Source of the DNA: an uncultured Chloroflexia bacterium
GTDB taxonomy: Bacteria > Chloroflexota > Limnocylindria > Limnocylindrales > CSP1-4
Length of the DNA stretch: 64,000 nt
Direction of reading: 5' to 3'
NCBI GenBank assembly: GCA_963817245.1
Contig: CAWFNQ010000003.1
Coordinates: forward strand, 43,238-107,237
Position numbers and translations under genes: made by a program. The notes beneath the pieces were generated by a model. That model saw nothing but the letters and a program-made list of their open reading frames with translations, had not been told where the DNA came from and searched no databases. Shown here piece after piece: positions 21,536 through 31,215 of the stretch (within the stretch, counting starts at the first letter, position 1; each line of letters begins with the position of its first letter).

Positions 21536-23080
21536 CTAGTCGTACAGGCGCTCGAGGTGCCACGTCCCGTCGACGCGATCCAGATAGACGAGCGCCAGCC
21601 AGCGCGGTCCGACCACCTTGACGTAGTCACGGGCGATCGGGCCGCGCCACCATGCCTCCTCGACGCGCCAGCGGTTGCAGACCTCGACGGGTTCGCGGCG
21701 GCCATTCCAGACGAGCGCGGTGGGCAGGCCGGTCGCGTCGGTCTCGACGGTGATCGCGGGGTGCTCGCGCAGGAGCCGGGTCATGTCGGGCGGGCCATGG
21801 GGTCGAGGTCGACCGAGCGCCACGCCCAGCGATCCTCGGCGAGCGGCGCCTCCGGATCGAGCACGGCCACGCGACGGATGCGGTCCTCCCCGTAGGTCAG
21901 GGCCAGGCGGGCGAGCTGCCAGCCGAGCCGGGCATCGCGCGCGGCCTGCGGCACGAACAGGGGGAGTTGCTGGCCGGTCGCCGGACCGGCGCCGGCGAGT
22001 TCCAGGGCCACGGCCGAGACCGCGGCCGTGGGCGGCGTTGCGTTCTAGGCGGGCGAACAGGAGACGTTCGACGGCCTCGGCATCGGCGGTGGGTTCGGGG
22101 AAGCGCTGCTCCACGGTGAGCTCCGGCGGCGTCCCGGCCCGGGCGAACGCGAGGTCCAGGTCCAGGCGCAGGTGCGCGCGGGTGGCCGCGAGACCGCGGG
22201 CCAGCAGCTGGTCGGTGAGGGCGCCGGCGAGCCGATGGAGGACGAACCGCAGCGACGCGAGCTCGTCCGATGCCGGCTCGATGGGGAGTCGCAGGGCGAG
22301 CCGCTCGGGCGCACGTCGCGGGCGGAACGGCTCGAGCTCCTCGCCGCGTGCCCGGGCGTGGATCCGCGCGCCCTCCTCCCCGAAGCGTGCGATGAGCGAC
22401 GAGCGGTCGAGGTCGGCGATCGCGCCCACCTGGCGCAGGCCGAAGCGGGCGAGGCGGGCCCGGATGTCCGGGTCCTGGGTCAGGAGGCCGGACGGGAGCG
22501 GGGCGAGGAACGCGGCCTCGCCACCGGGCGGGACGAGGGTCGGCGTCCCCGGCTCGGCGCGGGTGGCGGCGATGGTCGCGACGAAGCGGGTGCCGGCGAT
22601 CGCGGCACGGACCGAGGAACCGGCACCGGCCGGGACGCTCCCCGGCCGGGCATGCTCGAGCAAGGCCCGCTCGAGGACGCCGCCGAGCCGCTCGGCGAGG
22701 ACCGGCTCCGGGCCCCACAACGGCTCGAGGCCGTCGGCGAGGACCTCGAACAGCCCGAACGTCCGCTCGGCCGGGTCGATCGTGCCGGCCAGCCCCGGGC
22801 TGTACGCCGCGAGCGCCTCGAACGCGGCCTCGGCCGCGGCCCGGTCCCCGTCAGGGTCGGGATCGACGAAGCTCGCCTCGGGTGCCAGTCGGTGCGCGCT
22901 CCCCAGCGGGATGCCCCGCCGGACGCCGAGCGAGCGGGCCTCGCGGTTCGCGTCGATGACCGTCCCCGGGTCCCACGGCCGGCCGCCCAGGACGATGGGG
23001 CCGGTCGGGAAGGGCTCGGAGGCGCGGGCCGCCGCCAGCGCGAGGGGAAGATGCGGTCGGTAGAGGTGCAGCAGTCGCAT
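21536..23080 (-). pseudogene. imuB: ImuB, Y-family-polymerase-like mutasome subunit; two compensating frame changes
   Basis: Starts at ATG 23080 (MRLLHLYRPHLPLAL..VIDANREARSLGVRRGIPL). Between about 22030 and 21790 the conserved sequence (ATPPTAAVSAVALELAGAGPATGQQLPLFVPQAARDARLGWQLARL..RWAWRSVD) is in the frame of ORF 21781..22011. It then returns to the original frame (MTRLLREHPAITVE..WHLERLYD). Confidence 0.8.
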
Positions 23081-23972
23081 CGCGGTGGGTCCGTTCGGTG
23101 GCGGGGGCCTGATCGACGGCGGGGGCCTGATCGGCGGTGGGGATCGCCTCGACGAGGAGGTCGTCCCGGCGGAGGCAGCGGTCGCGATCACCACCCTCCG
23201 CGTAGAGGATCCGGAGGGTCGCCCGCCGCCCCGGCGGGCCGTATCGGTTGCGGGCGACCAGCGCCTCCGTCCGCTGGCCGACGATGTCGCGCCCGAGCCG
23301 GATCCACGAGCGTCTCGCGAGCTCGAGCCGGAGGCCGCTCGACTCGGCGACGGCGTTGGCCATGGGGCCGCCGAGGCCGGGGGGTTCGAGGACGACGAAG
23401 AGCGATTCGGCGCGTCGGGCGAGGGCGGCCAGCCGCCCGAGTCGGTCGGCGACGGCCCCGGGTCGGTCGGTCTTCGCGAGGCGCCCACCCGGGAGATCGA
23501 GCAGGAGCAGGTCCACCGAGCGACCGGCTAGCAGGCTACCGGCGATGGCCAGGCCCTCGTCGAGGGTCTCGGGCGTGATGACCACGAGCCATTCGAGCCG
23601 CACGCCACGGGCGACGGCCTCGACCGGATCGAACGTCCGGGCGAGGTCCAGCCAGGCCACCACCGAGCCGGCCACCTGGGCCTCGGCCACGAGCCGGAGC
23701 GCCAGGGTGGTCCGTCCGCTCGAACCGTCGCCACGGATGGCGACGCTCGCGGATCGCGGCAGGCCTCCTGGTCCCAGGATGGCATCGAGGCTCGCGAACC
23801 CGGTGGGGATGACCCGGTCGTCGGGGCGGGCTGCGGGCCGTGATCCCCCGTCGGGAAGCGGCTCGTCCGCGGGTGCCAGCGCCATCGACCCGATGACCCG
23901 CGGAGCTGCGGCGCCCCATCGAGCCTGGAGGCCCGCGACAGCGGCGTCGACTTCTCCACGAGCGGTCGTCAT
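22851..23972 (-). CDS. imuA: ImuA' (RecA/SulA-fold mutasome subunit); the 3' approx 230 nt overlap imuB and may not be genuine coding sequence
   Basis: PTGFASLDAILGPGGLPRSASVAIRGDGSSGRTTLALRL is RecA-like P-loop context, and LLLLDLPG follows. The gene lies directly upstream of imuB, with an SOS box 14 nt before ATG 23972. No stop occurs until 22851. Confidence 0.7.
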   Translation of the reverse strand: MTTARGEVDAAVAGLQARWGAAAPRVIGSMALAPADEPLPDGGSRPAARPDDRVIPTGFASLDAILGPGGLPRSASVAIRGDGSSGRTTLALRLVAEAQVAGSVVAWLDLARTFDPVEAVARGVRLEWLVVITPETLDEGLAIAGSLLAGRSVDLLLLDLPGGRLAKTDRPGAVADRLGRLAALARRAESLFVVLEPPGLGGPMANAVAESSGLRLELARRSWIRLGRDIVGQRTEALVARNRYGPPGRRATLRILYAEGGDRDRCLRRDDLLVEAIPTADQAPAVDQAPATERTHRDATAAPLPTASSPRAGGGPRLRALPDRPHRPGRPAVGPGDGHRREPRGPLARRPAGHPAGERAPTGTRGELRRSRP

Positions 23973-23985
23973 CGGACGCCAATAC

Positions 23986-24001
23986 TAGAACATCTGTTCG
24001 A
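23986..24001. promoter_or_regulatory. LexA-type SOS box upstream of imuA'-imuB
   Basis: TAGAACATCTGTTCGA is identical to the 16-mer at 13474..13489. Confidence 0.8.
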
Positions 24002-24032
24002 TTCGAATCAAGCCCCGCGACCGTCGTTCGTC

Positions 24033-25627
24033 TTACTCCACCGTCGAGCCGGGGAACGTGATCGAGGCGCCCAGGAAGAAGATGCCAGGGTAGGTCTTGA
24101 AGCCGTCGCCGGTGTTGTTCCGCAGGATCGAGTCGACGATCTCCACCGAACCCGAGCGGTCGTTGCTCACGAAGAAGATCCCGCTGCCGCCCTCGTGGTT
24201 CGAGGTGTTGCCTTCGATGCGCGTCCCCTCCACGTGCAGAAGCATCGAATTGCCGTCGTTGTAGATGGCCCCGCCGTTGCCGCCGCCGGGCGTGCCGGCC
24301 TTCGCCGGGTTGGCCCCCGTTCCGATCGCCTTGTTGCCGGTGAACAGGCTGTTCAGGATGGTCCACGACACCCCGATGCTCGAGATCGCGCCGCCGTTCG
24401 AGCACTCATTGCGGAGGTCGCCGGACCCGCCGAACGTGCTGTGCACGACGTAGACGGGCAGCCCCTGGTACTGCGAGAAGACCTGGATCGCGGCGCCCCC
24501 GACGTCCGGGCCGGTCGGGTTGCACCGGTTGCCATAGAACTGGCTGTCGATGACCCGGAGCCGTCCGCCGCGGACGAAGATCGCGCCGCCGCCGTCCATC
24601 GTCTCGGCCCCGGACGACTTGCCGTTCGCGAACACGATGCGCTGCACGGTCAGGACGGGGTGCGGCTGGTCCTGGCAGTGGTCGGTCGTCCAGTGCTGGG
24701 CCTGGTCGCACGTGTTCTGGTACAGGATCCGTCGGACGCCCTGGCCATCGAGCGTGACGCGGCCGCCCCCGTCGAGGACGACATCGGGCTGGTCGTTGAA
24801 GACCTTCGCCGTGGAGGTCATGTGGATCGTCACCGGGTCGGGCCCGCAGTCGAAGGTGATGATCCCGCCCTGCGCGACCGCCGCCACGACCGCGGCCCCG
24901 GTGCAACTGGCCGGCGTGCCGGTCCCGACGACGTGGTCGGGACTCGACGTGTCCACGAGCTGGCCTTCGGCCGGCACCGGCGCGCTGCCATCGGGGTTGC
25001 CTGGCGTCGGGGGCGGGGGCGTCACCGCGGTCCGGGAGATGACGAGCGCGAGGAATCCGGCCGTCTCGGCGCGGGTGATCTTGCGGTCCGGACAGAACTT
25101 GCCGCTCGCAGCAGGCGATCGCCAGACCGGCGGTCGCCAGGCGGTCGATGGATGTGGCGAACCCGTTGCTCTTCGGAACGTCCGTGAAGTGGCCCCCGCC
25201 GGTGGCGGTCAGGTGCAGGGCGCGCACAAGGTACTGCGCCATCCGGCCGCGCGTGACCGGCTCATCCGGGCAGAAACGCGTCGAGGAACAGCCCGTCATG
25301 ATCCCGGCGGCGACCACCCTCGAGATGCTCGACGACGCGCTCGACGGGACGTCGCGGAAGTGGCTCGCCACGGTCGCCGGCACCCGGAATGCCCGATACA
25401 GGTAGAGGGCCATCTTGCCCTTCGTGACCACCGTGCTCGGGCAGAAGTGGCTGGTCGTGCAGCCGGTCATCACGCCGGCCGCGGCGACGACCTCGATCGC
25501 GCTCTCGTATCTCGACCCGTTGTCGTCGGTGAACCGGCCGCCGGCCGCGACGCTCGCCGGCGGGACGATCGGCGAGCAGCGCGAAGACGAGGGCGAACAC
25601 GAACCCAGTGCGGCGAGGGCGTGGCAT
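24033..25627 (-). pseudogene. cell-surface protein: signal peptide, 3 SLH-like repeats, right-handed beta-helix (pectate-lyase-fold) domain; frame changes twice
   Basis: MPRPRRTGFVFALVFALLA is in ORF 25262..25627. FTDDNGSRYESAIEVVAAAGVMTGCTTSHFCP, FRDVP..GIMTGCSSTRFCP and FTDVPKSNGF..TAGLAIACC are in ORF 24406..25701. GKFCPDRKITRAETAGFLA plus the Gly/Asn-rich beta-helix (NGGAIYNDGN, GGSGIFFVSND) are in ORF 24033..25025. Shifts lie near 25572 and 25108. Confidence 0.7.
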
Positions 25628-25796
25628 CGGTGCGATCGACTCCTGCGGCGGACGGCGAGGGCCACGCTACCGAGGCTGCGGCGGCGCGCGACAAGCACCA
25701 TCGGTACCGGTGCGCACCGGCCATTCGAGTCCCCGGCCCTTCCACGGCGCGCGTCACGAAGGCGACACGTCCGGGGCCTAGCGTGGCTCCCCTACC

Positions 25797-26537
25797 ATGC
25801 TGCCGATGCCGAGCCCGACCACCGAGCCACGCCCCGAGCGACCGATCCTCGTCGTCGACGACGACGCGAAGATCGTCCGGCTCGTACGCACGTACCTGGA
25901 GCGCGACGGCTTCTCGGTGGTGACCGCAGCGGACGGGCCGGGCGCGCTCGATGCCATCGAGACCCATGAGCCGGCGCTCGTCGTCCTCGACCTGATGCTC
26001 CCCGAGCTGGACGGGCGGGCCGTCATCCGCGCCGTCCGCCGCGACGACGCCGCGGCCCACACGCCGATCCTCGTGCTCTCCGCGCGCAGCTCGACCATCG
26101 ACCGCATCGCCGGACTCGAGGACGGCGCCGACGACTACCTGCCCAAGCCGTTCTCGCCGGCCGAGCTCGTCCTCCGGGTGAAGTCGATCCTGCGGAGGGC
26201 GACGGCGCCGGCGAGCGTGCGCACGCATCGGCCGCCGCTCCACCACGGCGACCTCACGCTTGACCGCGACCGCTACGAGGTCACTCGCGACGGGGCACCG
26301 ATCGCCCTGACGCGGGTCGAGTTCAAGCTCCTCGAGACCATCCTCGAGGCCGACGGCCGCGTGCTCAGCCGCGACCAGCTCCTCGATGCCGTCTACGGCG
26401 CCGACCAGGCCGACGTCCTCGACCGGACGATCGACGTCCATGTGGGCCGATTGCGCGACAAGATCGGCGACGACGCCGACCACCCCCGCTACGTGGCCAC
26501 GGTCCGAGGCGTCGGCTACCGCGCCGCGCCGGTCTGA
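25797..26537 (+). CDS. OmpR/PhoB-family response regulator
   Basis: The receiver domain has ILVVDDD, VLDLMLPELDG and DDYLPKPF. A winged-helix C-terminus follows (LTRVEFKLLE, VRGVGYR). Confidence 0.92.
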   Translation: MLPMPSPTTEPRPERPILVVDDDAKIVRLVRTYLERDGFSVVTAADGPGALDAIETHEPALVVLDLMLPELDGRAVIRAVRRDDAAAHTPILVLSARSSTIDRIAGLEDGADDYLPKPFSPAELVLRVKSILRRATAPASVRTHRPPLHHGDLTLDRDRYEVTRDGAPIALTRVEFKLLETILEADGRVLSRDQLLDAVYGADQADVLDRTIDVHVGRLRDKIGDDADHPRYVATVRGVGYRAAPV

Positions 26538-27598
26538 TGGGTCGCGGGCTCGCGGTCCGGATCGCGCTCGCGGCGCTCGCGTCGGCGGCGGTCGGGCTCG
26601 TCATCGTCGCCGTCGGTGTCGCCGTGGTCGGGGCCGACGTCTTCACGGCGCTCATGGTCAAGGCCGGTGACGACGCCGCCCACGCCCGTGCGATGTACGA
26701 CGAGTCGGTCACGGCGGTCGTCATCGCCGCGGTCGTCCTGGCCGCGGTCGCCAGCATCGGGCTGGCGATCCTGCTCGGCCGGATGCTGGCGCGGCCGATC
26801 CAGGAGGTCAGTGCGGCCGCGCGCCGGATCGCCGAGGGCGACTATGCCGCCCGGGTCCCGCGCGACGGGCCCGAGGAGCTCGCCTCGCTCGCCGACTCGT
26901 TCAACCAGATGGCCGCCAGCCTCGAGCGGCAGGAGGCCATGCGCCGCGATTTCATCGCGAATGCGGCCCACGAATTGCGCACGCCGCTCACCAACCTGCA
27001 GGGGTACCTCGAGGCGTTGCGGGACGGGGTCATCGTCGCGGACCGGGCGACCTACGACTCCCTGTGGGAGGAGGCGGATCGCCTCGTCCGACTCTCGCGT
27101 TCGCTCGACGCGCTCGCGGAGGGCGATGCCGCGATCGGTCCACCGGAACTCCAGGAACTCGACTTGACGACCTCGATCCGGATGGCGCTCGACCTCGCGC
27201 AGCCGAGCATCGAGCGAGCCGGACTCAAGCTCGTCGTGGAGCTGCCGGACCGCCTGCCTGCTCGCGCCAACCCGGACCAGCTCGCGCAGGTCCTCGCGAA
27301 CCTGCTCTCGAACGCCGTCCGCTACACGCCGGCCGGCGGCACGGTGACCGTCCGCGCGGAGCGACGCCCGGGCGACTGCCTCGTCTCGATCGTCAACACC
27401 GGCGACGGCATCCCGCCCGAGGATCTCGATCGCGTCTTCGAGCGCTTCTATCGCGTCGAGAAGTCGCGCGACCGGGCGCGCGGCGGCGCGGGGATCGGGC
27501 TCGCGGTCGTGAAGCAGCTGGTGGAATCGGCCGGCGGGCGGGTCGGAGCGGAGTCCACGGACGGTCGGACCAGGTTCTGGTTCAGCCTGCCAGGGTGA
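26537..27598 (+). CDS. sensor histidine kinase (2 TM, HAMP, HisKA, HATPase_c)
   Basis: The start overlaps the regulator stop (TGATG). H-box NAAHELRTPLT, N-box LLSNAVRYTP, and G-boxes NTGDGIP and GGAGIGLAVV. Confidence 0.92.
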   Translation: MGRGLAVRIALAALASAAVGLVIVAVGVAVVGADVFTALMVKAGDDAAHARAMYDESVTAVVIAAVVLAAVASIGLAILLGRMLARPIQEVSAAARRIAEGDYAARVPRDGPEELASLADSFNQMAASLERQEAMRRDFIANAAHELRTPLTNLQGYLEALRDGVIVADRATYDSLWEEADRLVRLSRSLDALAEGDAAIGPPELQELDLTTSIRMALDLAQPSIERAGLKLVVELPDRLPARANPDQLAQVLANLLSNAVRYTPAGGTVTVRAERRPGDCLVSIVNTGDGIPPEDLDRVFERFYRVEKSRDRARGGAGIGLAVVKQLVESAGGRVGAESTDGRTRFWFSLPG

Positions 27599-28442
27599 CC
27601 CCGGCGTCGGTCGTGCTCGGGTCGCCGGGCGTCTTGGCGGGCGCACTCGGCGGGTCGATGTAGCCCATGTACCGGACGACCGTGCGGAAGCCCAGTCGCT
27701 CGTAGATGGGCGCGCCCATCTCGCTCGCCTGCAGGATCGCGACGTCGCACCCCTGCGCCTGGCCGTCGGCGACGATCCGGGTCGTCATCGCGGCCCCGTG
27801 GCCGCGCCGACGCGCGGACTCGATGGTGGCGATGTTGTAGACGCCGATCGTCCGCCCGGTCCGGCAGCCCAGCCCGCTCGAGACCGGTTCGCCGTCCTGG
27901 TACCCGACGTAGACCGCCATGTCCGGGTGCTCGAGCAGGCGGACCGAGACCACCTCTCGGACCATCGGCTCGGGCATCCCGAACCCGGCCGTGATGATGG
28001 CGATGTGGTCCTCGATCCCGGCGGCGTCGACGACCTGGCGGATCTCGTGCCCGGGCGACGGCGACGCACTCGCGGCGGCGTCGGCGGGAAGGGGATGCCA
28101 GGCCATGCCGGGCAGCCACGGGGCCTCGCCCATCGGGACGAGGCCGAGGACGGTCAGGGTCGCCCGAAAACGGTCATCGCGGCCGTCGCGGAGATCGACC
28201 ACGAACAGGTCGCCGCGAGCGCGAAGGATCCCGACGGCGCGCTCGATGGCCGCCGGGTCCGCGTCGGCGCGCTCGATGACGATCTGGTTGAAGAGGCGCA
28301 CGGGCAACCCGGTCGCCACGACGACGACCCCATCGTGCCGGTCGAAGATGTAGCTCACCGCATTCGACCCGGCAGCCTGGAATGCTGCGATCAGGTTCTC
28401 GTGCTCGAGTGCGGCAAGTTCGTCGTCGGTCATCGGGCGCAC
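27582..28442 (-). CDS. GNAT family N-acetyltransferase
   Basis: The C-terminal acetyl-CoA motif RRRGHGAAMT is followed by EMGAPIYERLGF. The 286-aa length suggests a tandem GNAT-like fold. Confidence 0.8.
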   Translation of the reverse strand: MRPMTDDELAALEHENLIAAFQAAGSNAVSYIFDRHDGVVVVATGLPVRLFNQIVIERADADPAAIERAVGILRARGDLFVVDLRDGRDDRFRATLTVLGLVPMGEAPWLPGMAWHPLPADAAASASPSPGHEIRQVVDAAGIEDHIAIITAGFGMPEPMVREVVSVRLLEHPDMAVYVGYQDGEPVSSGLGCRTGRTIGVYNIATIESARRRGHGAAMTTRIVADGQAQGCDVAILQASEMGAPIYERLGFRTVVRYMGYIDPPSAPAKTPGDPSTTDAGVTLAG

Positions 28443-28458
28443 GCTAGCACCCGGCCCG

Positions 28459-29352
28459 TCACGACGGCAGGCCGATGGCGACCATCCCGGCGCAGATCCC
28501 GGCCAGGCCGACCCACTGCAGCGGTCGCAGCCGTTCGCCGAGGAGTGCCACGGCGACGACGATCGTCACCGCCGGTCCGAAGGACGCAGCCAGACCGACC
28601 ATCCACGTCGGCGCCGATTCGAGACCGACGGCGAACGAGATGAGGCCGAGCACGTCGAGGACGCCAGCGCCGATGAGGGCGGCCGCGACTCGCCCGTTCG
28701 ACCAGGCCGGACCGCCGGTCGGGCGCCGGCCGAAGCGGGTCGCGACGGTCGAGAGCGCGATGACGGTCACGATCGCGATCGCGGCATTGACCGTCCGGGC
28801 GATGAGGTAGACCTGGACCCAGCCGGTCGACTCGAGGGCGATGTCGGTCGCCATCGTCATCAGCGCGAAGAGGATCAGCGCGACGATCGAGAAGATGACC
28901 CCGGGACCGGCGAACCGGGTCGAGCGCCAGCCACCGTCGAAGGCGAGCCCGGTCAGCACGACGCCCACGGTCGCGATCGCGGCGCCGGCGGCCTGGAGCG
29001 TCGTCAGCGACTCGCCTCGAAAGACGACCGACAACACGACCGTCAGTCCGCCGAACGCAGCGACGACCCCGCTGACGACCGAGATCGGGCCGTATTGGAG
29101 CCCGGTGAAGTAGGCGAGGTACGCCCCGGCCCCGATGAAGCCGAGGAGGACGGAGATCGCGATCGTGGCGGGGTCGTCGGGGAGCGTCGCGCCGGTCAGC
29201 ACGAAGATCCCGAGGAACAGGACGGCCGTGACGAGCTGCATGCCGGCCGTCACCCGCAGGCTGCCGATGACCCGGCTCGTGAGCGCGGTGACGATGTCGA
29301 GCGTGCCCCAGGCGAGCGCGGCACCGAGTCCGGTCAGCAGTCCGAAGGGCAT
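28459..29352 (-). CDS. EamA/DMT-family transporter
   Basis: 297-aa ORF with about 10 hydrophobic helices in two halves. Ends with GERLRPLQWVGLAGICAGMVAIG, as is typical of EamA repeats. Confidence 0.85.
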   Translation of the reverse strand: MPFGLLTGLGAALAWGTLDIVTALTSRVIGSLRVTAGMQLVTAVLFLGIFVLTGATLPDDPATIAISVLLGFIGAGAYLAYFTGLQYGPISVVSGVVAAFGGLTVVLSVVFRGESLTTLQAAGAAIATVGVVLTGLAFDGGWRSTRFAGPGVIFSIVALILFALMTMATDIALESTGWVQVYLIARTVNAAIAIVTVIALSTVATRFGRRPTGGPAWSNGRVAAALIGAGVLDVLGLISFAVGLESAPTWMVGLAASFGPAVTIVVAVALLGERLRPLQWVGLAGICAGMVAIGLPS

Positions 29353-29474
29353 CGGCGCAGCCTAGCCGACGGCATCGCATGGACCCGAGGGGTTGCGCCG
29401 GCCGCGTCCTCCTGGCCGGGCCGGGGCCGGGTAGTGGGCCGGGGTGCAGGCCCGTCGGCCGGCCCAGGACCCCG

Positions 29475-29485
29475 TGCTACACTCC
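29475..29485 (+). promoter_or_regulatory. extended -10 promoter element of tRNA-Ala(CGC)
   Basis: TGCTACACTCC (TGn-TACACT) is identical to 32901..32911 before the second tRNA-Ala. Both are followed by CCTTCCGTG immediately 5' of the tRNA. Confidence 0.45.
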
Positions 29486-29519
29486 CGCACGGTCAGGCGC
29501 CCCGCGCCGGCCCTTCCGT

Positions 29520-29595
29520 GGGGATGTAGCTCAGCTGGAAGAGCACCGCGTTCGCATCGCGGGGGTCAGGGGTTCGAGTCCCCTCATCTCCACCA
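29520..29595 (+). tRNA. tRNA-Ala (anticodon CGC)
   Basis: GGGGATG acceptor with G3:U70, D arm GCTC-AGCTGGAA-GAGC, anticodon stem CCGCG/CGCGG with loop TTCGCAT, T arm AGGGG-TTCGAGT-CCCCT, encoded CCA. Confidence 0.93.
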
Positions 29596-29698
29596 CCGTC
29601 CCCCTCCTCATGACCGGCCATATTCGCCGGCAACGATCGTGAGCGCCCGTGCAAGCCCGCATACGTGGCAGCTAAGCGTCGCCCGGCAGGATGCCGGC

Positions 29699-30433
29699 AT
29701 GAAGGCCACGAAATCACGACGCGACGCGAAGGACACCAAGGCCGTCGGGCGGTCGACACGGACGCGCGACTCCGAGCTGCGCCGCGACGAGCGTTTCCGA
29801 CCGCTCGGCGGCGAGATGGACCCGATCGTCCTGCGCCGGACCGTCGATGCCTTCAGCTCCGTCGACCTGGGCGGGTCATGGGACGAGCTCTCCCCGCGCA
29901 TCCTCCCGCTCCTCAAGCGCCTCGCCCACCCGTTCCCGGCCGAGGCGGCGCCGGTCCACCTGCGGGTGCCGCCGGGCGTCTGGGCGGGGTTCGGGATCGA
30001 CGTCGGCCCGGCCTGGGCCCACGTCTCGCGGGCGCTCGTCGATCGCTGGGGCGTCGATGCAGCGACCCTGTTGGGGACGGCGCTCGAGAATCTGCGCCGT
30101 CGCGCCGTCGATGAGCCACCGCGGGTCGAGACGATCGCCTTCGAGGACACCCGGGTCACGGTGGTGCAGGCACAGGGCTGGGCGTCCGCCCTCATCCTCG
30201 CGCCGGACCGGCTCGCCGGGTTCATCGGCGCGGACCCGCGGCTCGTGATCACGCCCGTCCGCAACGTGCTCGTCGCACTGCCCGAGGACGTCGATGTCGA
30301 CCTTGCGGTCGCCGTCTGGGAGGCCTTCGCCGAGGGGTGCCACGACGAGCTCGACGTCGACCCGCTGCGCTGGACCGGGACCGACATAGTCGCGCTCGCC
30401 GGTGACCGGGATGTGCGCGAGTACATTCACTGA
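29699..30433 (+). CDS. hypothetical protein
   Basis: Track ORF 29444..30433 overlaps the tRNA, so the start was moved to ATG 29699 (MKATKSRRDAKDTK...). The body (VHLRVPPGVWAGFGIDVGPAWAHVS..VTVVQAQGWASALILAPD) is protein-like. No family recognised. Confidence 0.55.
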   Translation: MKATKSRRDAKDTKAVGRSTRTRDSELRRDERFRPLGGEMDPIVLRRTVDAFSSVDLGGSWDELSPRILPLLKRLAHPFPAEAAPVHLRVPPGVWAGFGIDVGPAWAHVSRALVDRWGVDAATLLGTALENLRRRAVDEPPRVETIAFEDTRVTVVQAQGWASALILAPDRLAGFIGADPRLVITPVRNVLVALPEDVDVDLAVAVWEAFAEGCHDELDVDPLRWTGTDIVALAGDRDVREYIH

Positions 30434-31215
30434 TCGTCGAGCGCGCCGTGCAACTCGAGCGAGTGGTCGCGAAGCCAGTGCCGCCATCGGTCGTGGTCGG
30501 GCCGCTGCTCCGCGACGATCGACCAGAACGTCGGGCCGTGCCCGAGGATCCGCAGGTGCGCGAGCTCGTGGATGACGACGGTCTCGAGCGCCTCGGGAGG
30601 CGCGAGGATGAGTCGCCACGAGAAGGACAGTCGGCCCTGGGCCGACGCACTCCCCCAGCGCGAGCGCTGATCCCGGACCGAGACGGAGATGGGGGTCACG
30701 CCCATCGCGGCGCCGTGCCGGACGATATCGCGGTCGATCGCCGTGCGCGCGCGGACGCGCAACCAGTCGGCCAGGACCTCGCTCGTGGGCCGCCGGTCCC
30801 GGTTCGCGAGCCGGACGATCAGGACGTCCTCATCGCCGTCGCCGATCCGCTCGACCGACGAGCGCCGGGCGGTCGGCGCGGCCGGCTCGATCCGGAGCCG
30901 GTGGAGGTCGCCTCGATATCGGAGCAGGGCGCCGTCGCGGAGCCCGCCGCGTGCCGCGAGTTCCGCGCGCGCCTCCGCGTGCCGCCCAAGATGGCGACGC
31001 AACCAGCGTTCGCGCTCGGCGAGGAAGGCCTCGACCCGCGCTTCAGGGTGGATCCAGCCACGACGGGTCGGCGCCGGGACCGTGACGATCACGCCGTGCT
31101 CCGGGTGGATGACGACGCGCAGCGTCCTGGCCCGCGGCGATCGGCGGAGCGTGTACGGGACCGGACCGCCGGGCAGGACCGCGACCTCGGCCGATTCGCT
31201 GATCGCCGCGGTCAT
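30427..31215 (-). CDS. YgjP-like metallopeptidase (DUF45, HExxH)
   Basis: C-terminal part of track ORF 30427..32874, starting at ATG 31215, which overlaps the upstream stop (ATGA). RSRWGSAS..ISFSWRL and VIHELAHL motifs. Confidence 0.85.
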   Translation of the reverse strand: MTAAISESAEVAVLPGGPVPYTLRRSPRARTLRVVIHPEHGVIVTVPAPTRRGWIHPEARVEAFLAERERWLRRHLGRHAEARAELAARGGLRDGALLRYRGDLHRLRIEPAAPTARRSSVERIGDGDEDVLIVRLANRDRRPTSEVLADWLRVRARTAIDRDIVRHGAAMGVTPISVSVRDQRSRWGSASAQGRLSFSWRLILAPPEALETVVIHELAHLRILGHGPTFWSIVAEQRPDHDRWRHWLRDHSLELHGALDDQ

